This document shows, in pieces, positions 51,378 through 61,261 of a DNA stretch of 64,000 bases. The DNA is from an uncultured Gammaproteobacteria bacterium (GTDB lineage: Bacteria > Patescibacteriota > Microgenomatia > Levybacterales > GWA1-39-11), in the NCBI GenBank assembly GCA_964472415.1, contig CAYYLC010000004.1, positions 33,110 to 97,109 on the forward strand, written 5' to 3'. How positions within the stretch are numbered: position 1 is the stretch's first letter; the number at the start of each line of letters is the position of its first letter. The notes under the pieces were generated by a model. That model was not told where the DNA came from, did not search any database, and saw only the letters and a list, made by a program, of their open reading frames with translations. The position numbers and the translations under genes were made by a program.

Positions 51378-51761
51378 CATCCTCCATTTCACGGATAAAT
51401 CACCTACAATTGCATACTTTCATGAGTAAACAAGATTGTAAGAATTAAGTAAATTTAATTTATACTGATATATCAATCTAAAGTAAAATTGTGAATTGTT
51501 ATCATCATACTATGTATTCTGCTAAATTCTTATCATGTGGAAAATACCCATTATAAGAATCTGTTGATACTTTTTGATATATTAAATGAAATGTGAAATT
51601 TGAGCTCATGAAAATCGTGGATATATACCGAATTATTCCAATATGATGAAAATTACTAGAAACTTGAAGCTATTCTGGAATGAAAATATTTCGTGGAATA
51701 TCATAAACAATCCCACGTTTTTTTCTTTGAATTACCGTACGCAATATACGATAATATCTAT

Positions 51762-52745
51762 ATGCAAAAACATTTCCTGGTAGCATTGTTCTTATTGCTT
51801 GCTATAGCACCCACTGCAAATGCACAACAATTTCATGTTGGAATAGAGCCTACGAGTATCTATATTGACGCCACTCCACCCTCAAATGTACAAGCACCCT
51901 TCCTCCTTAAAAATCTTTCAGGGAGAAACGTCGAACTGAAGCCAAAGCTCATCCCTTTTGAACCAGACATGAATGGGAAGGTAAAACTTCTTATTAACGA
52001 AGGGCAAAACCTTGACTCAATTATCCGTGAAAGACTTACAATTATTGATGAAAATGAAGCTATTGGCTCGATACACCTTACCCCTGGAGAGACCAAACAA
52101 CTTCGCCTCTTTCTCGAACTGAAGCCGGGAGATCCTGTAGGTGACTATTATTTCAGCCTCGTTTTTATGGCTGAAGGAAATGAGCTCGACCAAACCAGCA
52201 CATCTTCAATTCCTGCTGGAATCACTACGAACGTAATGCTCTCCATTGGCCCAAAAGAGCCACCTTCAGCTTCAATACAAGAGTTTTCTACAAACTCATT
52301 CACAACCAAAGGTCCAGTCGCATTCAGCCTCAAAGTAGAAAATAATGGCAACCATCTCATCCAGCCAAAAGGCACCATTGCTATTAAAAATATGCTTGGA
52401 AAAGAAGTAGGGAGGCTCGAAATATTGCCCCAATATCTTCTTGCAAACTCAAGCCGACTCCTCATTGATTCAAATCAAGCCTCTCCTTCGGCTCAAATAG
52501 ACTCATTCATACAAGACCTAGAACTCACTCAACCTGCAGCTATATGGGGAGAGAAATTCCTTTTCGGATTCTATACTGCTGAGGCGAGACTCACATTTGA
52601 TAATAGCAATGAACCTATCTCACAAAAAACGCAGTTTCTCGCGATTCCCCTTCAAGTAATCTTTTTCCTATCGGGAGTTATTTTTATAACTTTAGGCATT
52701 CTCCTCCGCGTAAAGCTTCGAATAAGAAGAAAAAATACTCCATAA
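51762..52745 (+). CDS. DUF916/WxLIP-like membrane-anchored protein
   Basis: GDYYFSLVF, NNGNHLIQPKG.I.I.NMLG, FGFYTA, C-terminal TM; similar to 36580..37563. Confidence 0.72.
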   Translation: MQKHFLVALFLLLAIAPTANAQQFHVGIEPTSIYIDATPPSNVQAPFLLKNLSGRNVELKPKLIPFEPDMNGKVKLLINEGQNLDSIIRERLTIIDENEAIGSIHLTPGETKQLRLFLELKPGDPVGDYYFSLVFMAEGNELDQTSTSSIPAGITTNVMLSIGPKEPPSASIQEFSTNSFTTKGPVAFSLKVENNGNHLIQPKGTIAIKNMLGKEVGRLEILPQYLLANSSRLLIDSNQASPSAQIDSFIQDLELTQPAAIWGEKFLFGFYTAEARLTFDNSNEPISQKTQFLAIPLQVIFFLSGVIFITLGILLRVKLRIRRKNTP

Positions 52746-53451
52746 TATCTTAGAATAAAAATATATTCTCCCATATATTAAGAACTCTATTATAAAAATA
52801 AAGGACTATATTTTTTTTCTATATGCCACAATAAAATACGCAATAATTACCAATAGTACTCAAATACCATATCAAGAAAAGATAAATTAGTATATGATAT
52901 ATTTATCACTCTATATTCTCATTTGACAATCAATATCTTATATTATTAATTTCCCCATATTATTTCTAATTTTCATTTATAATTAGAACGTCATTATAAC
53001 TTCCAGAGTTTAAAACTGTGCGGTAATTACGTGAAAAAATTGCAAGAGGCTCAGCCGTTCCATGAAATTTCACAGCCTCTACTGTCTTTCCCCGCATAAT
53101 TGAGGCTAAAGACATGATACATGATTCTATTTGATATTGTTTGATATTATTTTTTTTCACATGCGGTAAATCGTTTGTTTACGTGCAAAGAGCGTGGAAG
53201 TCTCCTTATTTAATTTTTACGGAGTTTTCATCAGTCTCTTACCAAGTAAATGAATATATCAAAATAGATAAAACTATAAACTACAAAATAGGGTCCTGTT
53301 GACAGCTATCATGCACACATACTAACCTAGTATTAGTCCTATGTATAATCGATATAATCAGTATAATCTTCACCTCAAACAGCGGATATGCGGTAATCTT
53401 TTTGTTTTTTCAAAAAAAGATTTAATTTCCTAATTTCACACGAATTTATTT

Positions 53452-56400
53452 ATGGAATTTATTGCACTTTTCAAAGACTATCTTTCAAAGAAGAAAATAA
53501 CAAACAAGACGACTGTCAAAAACTATCTCTCTGATATTCGTCATTTTGTGAATTGGTATGAGAAATCATTTGGTATCGCCTTTTCTCCAACAGAATTTAC
53601 CGATGATATTATAAAGCTCTATGAAGGATCTTCTGGTGCTCCGATCCTGGGTGGAAATATTTCAACAGAGAACAAGCTCTCACACTCCTCCCTGAAGCGC
53701 CATCTTTCCTCATTGAGAAAGTTTGCACTATTTCTGACAGAAAATAAACAAGTAGAGAAGAATCCATTTCATCAAGGAAAGGTTAATGGACAGGACTCGA
53801 CACCTGTCGATATTTGGCATATTCAGGAATTCAAAGATTACCTGAAATTTAAGAAAGCATCCCCTCTAACAATAAAGAACTATCTCACAGATATACATTC
53901 TTTCCGGAGATGGTATGAGAACTCTCTCGGGGAGAATTCTGAAGATTTAAGCTTTCCTCGTATCAATAATACGATCGTTTCTGAATACAAAACCCGCCTC
54001 CACGAATATAAAGGTGCTGCACCACGCACAATTAACCGAAAGCTTTCTTCTCTAAGAAAATATGTTGAATTTGCCATCGGCGCATACTACATGAGTGAAA
54101 ACACACTCCATGAAACGACTGCCACAAAACCATTCCTCATCTCCGAAAATGAGGCCAAAGAAGAGAATAAGCTATCACTTACTGAGATAAAATCCCACAA
54201 AATCAATCTAAACTATTCCTCCTTTCCCCCTATCAGACTTATCCAAACTCTGATAATTCTGCCCTATCTCTTCCTTGAAGGATTTCTCGCAGCAAAAATT
54301 GCAGAACTTCTCGGAACAGTAGCACCCCTCACTCTTGCTGCACAGAAACTTACTCCAGCTCCAAAAATATCCTCAATTCCCACCAAACCTTCTGAACTTT
54401 TAAAGGTAAAAGGATATGAGAAAAAGTTCTACGCTCCCCAAGATATTTCCACGAGCAATCTCTCGTCTCCTGAAAAAATCTGGCATAAACTAAAACACAA
54501 TAGACCGAAATGGTATAAAAAATATCATAATACTCCAATAGTTCACTATATTCATTTTGCGATTCTTATCATTTTTGCTGCAGGGGTCGGAGTTGCGCTC
54601 TATAGAAACTTAGTAACTGATACAAAAAGCCCACTCTTTGCAGCCCCCACCTCTCCACCTCGAGTACTCTCCTTCCAAGGTCGGCTTACTGATAATTTGA
54701 ATAATCCCATAACCACTGCGACTGATATTCGCTTCGCGATATATGATGATATTGCAGCATCCGGGTCTGCACTGCTCTGGCAAGAAGTCCATCACGCAAC
54801 AAATCCTGACCAAGATGGAATTTTTTCTGTTTTACTCGGAACTCAAACTGCGATTCCTGATAGTGTATTTTTAGAAAATAATGACATCTATTTAGGAGTA
54901 ACGATCGAACAAACAGAAGAATTAGCACCTCGGAGAAGAATTGCATCAGTTCCCTATGCCGCAAATTCAGAAAGCCTCCAAGGAATGCGCCCCATCACTG
55001 ACACAAGCGCTGGAACCACAAACGTTGTTCTTGCACTCGATTCTTCTGGAGATCTCACAATAGGCGGAGCCGCAAATCCAACATTTTCCGCAACAGGAGG
55101 CCAATTCTCTCTTTCCGGCGATATTTTACTCCTGACAACCGAAACCGGCACAGATTCAAACATAGTACTCTCTCCTGATGGAATCGGTCAGATTGATTTG
55201 CAGAAAACGCTTGTAAATACTTCAACTAACGGAAATCTTGTCCCTGGGGGAGTAGAAGTTAATGATAAATTTGGTGTACTTGCTACAGAATCTGCAGTTG
55301 CCGCATTTATCGTGAATAATGACGGGCTTTCAGATATTTTCACTGCATCCGCATCAGGTGCAACCCGTTTTACTATAGAAAGTGATGGAACATTGATTGC
55401 TCCTAACTACAATACTGCCGGAGGAGTACTCTGGGCAAATGGAAGCGGAGAGATTAACCAATCAACAGGTGGCCTCTCTGGACAATGCCTCCAATCTACT
55501 GGGGGAACTGCTCCCACGTGGGGAGCATGTGACAGCTCGGCTGGTGGTATGTTCCAAGAGCTTGCTGGTGCGATCATACCAAACAATACAACACTTGATT
55601 TTCTCCTCGGTGGAACCGCTACCTCATCCGCCAAATTCTCGGTTCTTAACATGAATTCGGGAACACCAATCGCATCAATATCGGCAAATTTTGGTAACAA
55701 CGCAACCTACCTAACTGGAGATGGAACTCTTGCAACTACAAACCGTCGTGATCTTATCCTCGGAAACTCCTCCTCCTATAATACAACGGGGAATGTTCTT
55801 ATAAACACGAACGGAACAGGGAGAGTCGGGATTGGTACAGGAGCACCATCAACCAAACTTGATGTAAATGGATCAGGAGGCGTAGCGCTATTTGGAACTG
55901 CAAGTCTTGTTGATCAATATATCTCCCTAAGAAGTCCCTCAACGGGAGTATCATTTGGTATTGATGCAAATCTCAATGGAGGAAGCGGCGCGGGACTCAT
56001 ACAAGCAGGGACCAGCAAAGCCCTCGCGTTTGATGCAAACAATGGAACATTCGGCTCTGCCACCACGCCAGATTTATATATTGATACTACAGGGTATGTT
56101 GGGATTGGTGATGCATCACCTACTGCTCTTTTCACGGTAGGAAATGGTGACCTTTTCCAAGTTAACGCAAGCGGCGCAATTGCAGCCGCAACGGGAATAA
56201 CTTCATCTGGCACTATCACCCTTTCAAATCTTAATACAAATGGAGGAATACTATACGCAAACGGATCAGGAGTACTTACCCAAACCGGAGCTGGTACCTC
56301 TTCTCAATGTCTTCTCGGTGGCACTACTCCTACATGGGGAACATGCGCTGATGGAGCTGGCGCATTTACGATCGATGCAGCAAATGGACTAACTGTCCAG

Positions 56401-59400
56401 AATAACACAACCACAGACTTTCTGATCGGAGGGACAGCAACAAGTAGTGCGAAATTTGCATTAACAAATGTGGATTCTGGTCCTCCTACATTTACTGTAG
56501 GGAGTGGGGATCCGATATTGAAAGGGACGTATAATACGAGCGGAGGTGTTGAGGACATCTATGTATCTGGAAAATATGTGTATGTAGCGGATGGCAGCTC
56601 TGGCCTACAGATAATAGACGCATCGGATCCTTCATCTCCAACACTTGTTGGAACATACGATACAAGTGGGAATGCACTCGGGGTTCATGTATCGGGTAAA
56701 TATGCATACATCGCAGACGATACTGTAGGACTTCGAATCATCGACATCTCGGATCCTTCATCTCCAACACTTGTTGGAACATACAATACAAGTGGGAATG
56801 CTCGGAGCATTTATGTCTCAGGAAAATATGCGTATGTAGCAGACGGATTTTCTGGCCTACATATCATTGACATCTCGGATCCTTCGTCACCAACTCTTAC
56901 GGGAACATATGACACAAGTGGATACAGCTACGATGTCTATGTCTCAGGAAAATATGCGTATGTAGCAGATGATAGTGACTTGAAGATCATCGACATCTCG
57001 GATCCTTCATCTCCAACACTTGTTGGAACATACAATACAAGTGGGAATGCTCGGAGCATTTATGTCTCAGGAAAATATGCGTATGTAGGAGATCTAAGCT
57101 CTGGGATTCAGATTGTAAACATCTCGGATCCTTCGTCACCAACTCTTACAGCAGATGGTCCTGGAGGAGCTCATGATGTCTATGTCTCAGGAAAATATGC
57201 ATATGTGCCAAATGGAACGGGCGACTTTCAGCTTATTGACATCTCGGATCCTTCGTCACCAACTCTTACGGGAACATATGACACAAGTGGAGACGCTCGG
57301 AGCATTTATGTCTCAGGAAAATATGCGTATGTAGGAGATCTAAGCTCTGGTCTTCAAATTCTCGAACTCCCCGGCATAGACACTCCGACACTACATACAG
57401 GGAATATTGAAACAGGAAGTATTACCATAACTGAAAATGCAGATATAGGAAACAACCTATATGTACATAATGGACTGAATGTAGGAAATGGTGGTATTTA
57501 TTCACAGGGAGCACTCGGTATATTTTCAGGAACTTCTGGGACAAATCTTATCCAAGGAAATCCTACTGGAAAAGCACTTCTTACCTTGAATAATACCGGT
57601 GGATCTGATATCTTCACCGCCTCTGCTTCCGGTACTACTCTCTTTACCATAACGAATGCTGGAGGATTACGGCTTGGAACAGATGAAGGGACTTCTGGTG
57701 AGTGCCTGCTTTCAGGTGGTGTTGGAGCAGGTGCAAGCTGGGGATCGTGTGGCGCATCTTCCCAATGGACTACCACTGGATCTGATATTTACTACAATAC
57801 CGGGAATGTGGGAATCGGAACATCTGACATAACTGCAAAATTTGAAATATTATCCAACCTTGGCACTGGACATGCAGCATCAATTTCTGCTATAACTGCC
57901 AAATCATCACTTCTCGTCACCAATGATGGAACCGGAGATCTTATCACCGCATCTGCCTCTGGTAGCACAAAGTTCACTGTAGATAATGAGGGAAATATTT
58001 ACCTTTATGGGCAGATTATCGGTATGGGGGCTGACTTTGCTGAATATTATGAAAAAGAAGATTCTGATGAAGAATTTCTTGCAGGAAGTTTAGTATGTCT
58101 TGCAATAAACGGTACTGTTACAAATTGCAAAAATTCAGATACTACTCAGAAATTACTCGGCGTCGTATCAGACAATGCAATTATTGCAGGTAATGGAGAT
58201 AAAAAGGACGACAATAACTATGTCCTTGTAGGGCTTTTAGGACAGCTCCATGTACGGGTCACAGGAGATATACAAGCTGGAGATCCACTCACGATGTCTA
58301 ATCTTTCTGGCGTCGCAGAAAAAGCAACACAAGAAGGATTTATCATCGGATATGCCATGGAATCAAGTTCAAACACCAAAGATCGAATTATTACATCAAT
58401 TAAGTCGACGTACTACAATCCAAATCTCGCGCTCAATATCGCAGGTGACAATGCAGAAGAATTTGCTGCATCGCTCAATATAAAAAATACTGATGGAACA
58501 ATTGCTATTACTGATGTATCAGGAGCTATCATAAAACGTGCAGAGGCATTCTCACACGTCATCTCAGCAAATATAAATGCCGGAATTGTAAACGCACAAA
58601 AAGTTACGGGAAATGTTATAACAGGTACTACTGGTGCATTCCAAAGCCTTACTGCAACAACTGCAAACATCACCTCTGCCTCATTCAATTCGATTAGTAT
58701 TGGTTCAGAAAATGTTCTTATAGCAGGAACTTCTCTTCGCGACTATATCGCAGAGATCGTTGCAGAAAACATTGAAAATGTAAACTTTTCAAATGGTGAG
58801 GAAATCATTTCCCCGCTTGCCTCAATCGACCAGATAAATACGAATATTATCTCCCCACTTGCTGATGACAGTAGTGTGGAGATCGAACTGAAAAAAGATA
58901 GTATTGCGATACATAATACTGAAACTCAAGAAACCGTAGCTGAAATTGATCATGAGGGGAATGCTCGTTTTATCGGAGACATTGAAGCAAATGATGCAAC
59001 ATTTTCAGGGACACTATCAGCTGATAGAATAATCGCAGGAAATATCGATGGACTTGACGAGAAAATCTCTTCTATCGCAGGAAGCCTTGCACAGAACCAT
59101 CCTACTCCATCCTCACCTTCAGCAGATATCACTTCTACAGACGAATTTCAGGTGGGGAATCTCTATGCAGATCTTGGGATTTATTCGGAAGGATTAACGA
59201 TCCTGGGCACTACTACCACAAGTCAACTTACTGCAATGGATAGTATTGCAGTAGGGACTGGATTCGTGATAAACGAAAATTCAATCAATACATTGGGGAA
59301 AACACTTGAAATTCAACCGCTCCGTCAAGGAGCCATCAGCTTCATGGCTGGAAAAGTAATTATTGATACCGACGGAAACATGAATATCAATGGGAATCTT

Positions 59401-59934
59401 AATATTGCAGGAATTTTAAATGCTACAGAAGGAATCTTCTCAAGTATCCAAACGCATAGCCTCGCAACGAACATTATCTCTCCACTTCCAGACTCAGACT
59501 TGGTAATCCAGCTCGGAAATGATAGTAGCGCATCTACTTCGGGGAATGTACGATTCGCAAACACAAAAGGAGAAGAAGTCCTCAAAATTTCCGGTGAAGG
59601 GGACATCGTCTCATCAGGATCTGCGACATTTGAGAAGCTCAGCTTTAACTTAGTCGGTGAAGCAATTGCTAGCTCAGACACCACAGCTATCGCCACAAGC
59701 TCCGCCGGATTCGCAACTATCCAAAAAAATAGACCAGAGCTTACTATCTATAATGAAAAGATCACAAAAGATTCATTGATTTACATAACTCCGATAGGAA
59801 ACATTCAGGACAAATCCATACATCTTCTACGCCAAGTCCCTCATACAGAGGGAAGTGATGGCAGCTTTACCGTAGGAGCATCAGGAACCCCTGCAACTCA
59901 AGATATCCAATTCAACTGGCTGATTGTGAATTAA
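53452..59934 (+). CDS. 2160-aa protein: two integrase N-terminal SAM-like domains, TM helix, tail-fibre/adhesin-like ectodomain with LVIVD propeller and IMC-like motif
   Basis: TVKNYLSDIRHF..SLKRHLSSLRKF and TIKNYLTDIHSF..TINRKLSSLRKY; TM near 54553-54603; LSFQGRLTD; 7x VSGKY(A/V)Y; GADFAEYY. Confidence 0.85.
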   Translation: MEFIALFKDYLSKKKITNKTTVKNYLSDIRHFVNWYEKSFGIAFSPTEFTDDIIKLYEGSSGAPILGGNISTENKLSHSSLKRHLSSLRKFALFLTENKQVEKNPFHQGKVNGQDSTPVDIWHIQEFKDYLKFKKASPLTIKNYLTDIHSFRRWYENSLGENSEDLSFPRINNTIVSEYKTRLHEYKGAAPRTINRKLSSLRKYVEFAIGAYYMSENTLHETTATKPFLISENEAKEENKLSLTEIKSHKINLNYSSFPPIRLIQTLIILPYLFLEGFLAAKIAELLGTVAPLTLAAQKLTPAPKISSIPTKPSELLKVKGYEKKFYAPQDISTSNLSSPEKIWHKLKHNRPKWYKKYHNTPIVHYIHFAILIIFAAGVGVALYRNLVTDTKSPLFAAPTSPPRVLSFQGRLTDNLNNPITTATDIRFAIYDDIAASGSALLWQEVHHATNPDQDGIFSVLLGTQTAIPDSVFLENNDIYLGVTIEQTEELAPRRRIASVPYAANSESLQGMRPITDTSAGTTNVVLALDSSGDLTIGGAANPTFSATGGQFSLSGDILLLTTETGTDSNIVLSPDGIGQIDLQKTLVNTSTNGNLVPGGVEVNDKFGVLATESAVAAFIVNNDGLSDIFTASASGATRFTIESDGTLIAPNYNTAGGVLWANGSGEINQSTGGLSGQCLQSTGGTAPTWGACDSSAGGMFQELAGAIIPNNTTLDFLLGGTATSSAKFSVLNMNSGTPIASISANFGNNATYLTGDGTLATTNRRDLILGNSSSYNTTGNVLINTNGTGRVGIGTGAPSTKLDVNGSGGVALFGTASLVDQYISLRSPSTGVSFGIDANLNGGSGAGLIQAGTSKALAFDANNGTFGSATTPDLYIDTTGYVGIGDASPTALFTVGNGDLFQVNASGAIAAATGITSSGTITLSNLNTNGGILYANGSGVLTQTGAGTSSQCLLGGTTPTWGTCADGAGAFTIDAANGLTVQNNTTTDFLIGGTATSSAKFALTNVDSGPPTFTVGSGDPILKGTYNTSGGVEDIYVSGKYVYVADGSSGLQIIDASDPSSPTLVGTYDTSGNALGVHVSGKYAYIADDTVGLRIIDISDPSSPTLVGTYNTSGNARSIYVSGKYAYVADGFSGLHIIDISDPSSPTLTGTYDTSGYSYDVYVSGKYAYVADDSDLKIIDISDPSSPTLVGTYNTSGNARSIYVSGKYAYVGDLSSGIQIVNISDPSSPTLTADGPGGAHDVYVSGKYAYVPNGTGDFQLIDISDPSSPTLTGTYDTSGDARSIYVSGKYAYVGDLSSGLQILELPGIDTPTLHTGNIETGSITITENADIGNNLYVHNGLNVGNGGIYSQGALGIFSGTSGTNLIQGNPTGKALLTLNNTGGSDIFTASASGTTLFTITNAGGLRLGTDEGTSGECLLSGGVGAGASWGSCGASSQWTTTGSDIYYNTGNVGIGTSDITAKFEILSNLGTGHAASISAITAKSSLLVTNDGTGDLITASASGSTKFTVDNEGNIYLYGQIIGMGADFAEYYEKEDSDEEFLAGSLVCLAINGTVTNCKNSDTTQKLLGVVSDNAIIAGNGDKKDDNNYVLVGLLGQLHVRVTGDIQAGDPLTMSNLSGVAEKATQEGFIIGYAMESSSNTKDRIITSIKSTYYNPNLALNIAGDNAEEFAASLNIKNTDGTIAITDVSGAIIKRAEAFSHVISANINAGIVNAQKVTGNVITGTTGAFQSLTATTANITSASFNSISIGSENVLIAGTSLRDYIAEIVAENIENVNFSNGEEIISPLASIDQINTNIISPLADDSSVEIELKKDSIAIHNTETQETVAEIDHEGNARFIGDIEANDATFSGTLSADRIIAGNIDGLDEKISSIAGSLAQNHPTPSSPSADITSTDEFQVGNLYADLGIYSEGLTILGTTTTSQLTAMDSIAVGTGFVINENSINTLGKTLEIQPLRQGAISFMAGKVIIDTDGNMNINGNLNIAGILNATEGIFSSIQTHSLATNIISPLPDSDLVIQLGNDSSASTSGNVRFANTKGEEVLKISGEGDIVSSGSATFEKLSFNLVGEAIASSDTTAIATSSAGFATIQKNRPELTIYNEKITKDSLIYITPIGNIQDKSIHLLRQVPHTEGSDGSFTVGASGTPATQDIQFNWLIVN
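56515..57370 (+). repeat. Seven LVIVD repeats with near-identical nucleotide units
   Basis: Repeated GTCTCAGGAAAATATGCGTATGTAG and ATCTCGGATCCTTC blocks at ~120-130-bp period. Confidence 0.85.
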
Positions 59935-60037
59935 AAATACACATATAATAAAGCTCTCTTCTAAAATAGATACTACCCATAATAAAATATTACAGATATG
60001 GAGAATTTGAGGCTAAGATAGAAAACACTCTGACAGA

Positions 60038-61042
60038 CTAATAATATGTTTCATCATCTTCAAACCCTATTGCTCGTCTTCCATATTTTTCAGGATTTTT
60101 ATCTTCTAACTCTTTCATCGCATCATACAGTTGCCCCACATTGAGAAATCGCTCTGGGTATTTTTCCAAATAAGCTTCTGTAACCCTCAGAGCATCCTGT
60201 AATTCCATAAGATTAATTCGTGTCTCAGCATCAAAAGTATTGAGCTGTTTGTTATGGAGATGCCGGATAAAATTATATACTCTCCCAACCTCACTAGGAA
60301 TCTCCATGCGAGCCCACGATACCTCATCAATCCGTGCACCAGTAGGATTGATATTTATTTGCTCATGGACTTTTTGGATCTGATCTTTTACTGTATCTGT
60401 CTGAATTCTCCCGAGCTCTTTTTCAAGATTAAACTTTTCCGTCAAACTCCCTGCTTGTTTTTCCTTCACAGATTCATCCCACTGCTTTGCATACCGTTCA
60501 TTCGTACGCTCTTCTTGCTCTAATTCTATTTTTTTACAAGCATCCATAAACTTCTCGCCCCTCTCACTCCCTTCCCATAATTGCGCTGCTGCGTAAATCA
60601 CTTTTTTATTAGGAACCCTCCGAATATTTCCAGATTCATGCTTCACCAACGTATGTGCGTACATAATGCTCAAAAAATCATACATACCATCGCGATCAGT
60701 TGTATAAATCTGAAGCCTTGAGCTCCCTTTATTCGATGCTTTTGCATCAAACAGCTCGTAATCCTCAAACTTCCTAATCAAATGCCGCATCAAAGATTCA
60801 GATCCTCTCTGAGATTCTGGGAGAACATTGAAATTACTATACAGATCATCCTCTAACTCTTTCACTGTAGGAATCATACAAACAACGTCTGGTGAAGCAT
60901 ATTGGAACTTTTCCTCAGCACCCTGTATAAAATCTCGAAAATTCTTATCTTGAACAGTATCAAATTCATTTGATCCCTGCTCTCCACCCTGCTGCAGCTC
61001 TGTTTGAAAATTTTTATCTTGAAATGATCGTTCGCGCTCCAT
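60038..61042 (-). CDS. Hypothetical acidic protein
   Basis: 334-aa ORF with no recognisable motif. Confidence 0.7.
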   Translation of the reverse strand: MERERSFQDKNFQTELQQGGEQGSNEFDTVQDKNFRDFIQGAEEKFQYASPDVVCMIPTVKELEDDLYSNFNVLPESQRGSESLMRHLIRKFEDYELFDAKASNKGSSRLQIYTTDRDGMYDFLSIMYAHTLVKHESGNIRRVPNKKVIYAAAQLWEGSERGEKFMDACKKIELEQEERTNERYAKQWDESVKEKQAGSLTEKFNLEKELGRIQTDTVKDQIQKVHEQININPTGARIDEVSWARMEIPSEVGRVYNFIRHLHNKQLNTFDAETRINLMELQDALRVTEAYLEKYPERFLNVGQLYDAMKELEDKNPEKYGRRAIGFEDDETYY

Positions 61043-61261
61043 AGGTACGTATTATACAAAATTAAAGCAGTATGGAAAAGTCACGACGTCACCCTCTATA
61101 TATCATCTCACAAATTTGTTATAATATAGGATAACTTTTGTGTGGGCAAGAATTTGCTTTTTTGCTATTCACGAGAGGAAACATTCGATCTAGTTCTTTA
61201 AAAAGGAGGAAAAACGATTTAAATCAAATCGGTCCGAATAAGGTTCAAAAGGAGAAGAGAG

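Noticed and set aside
51378-51761. Cluster of degenerate DnaA-box-like words
   Set aside because: All are mismatched and plausible by chance in AT-rich DNA
53452-54100. Functional integrase or prophage boundary
   Set aside because: Only core-binding domains are present; no catalytic tyrosine-recombinase domain, and no terminase, capsid or portal genes nearby
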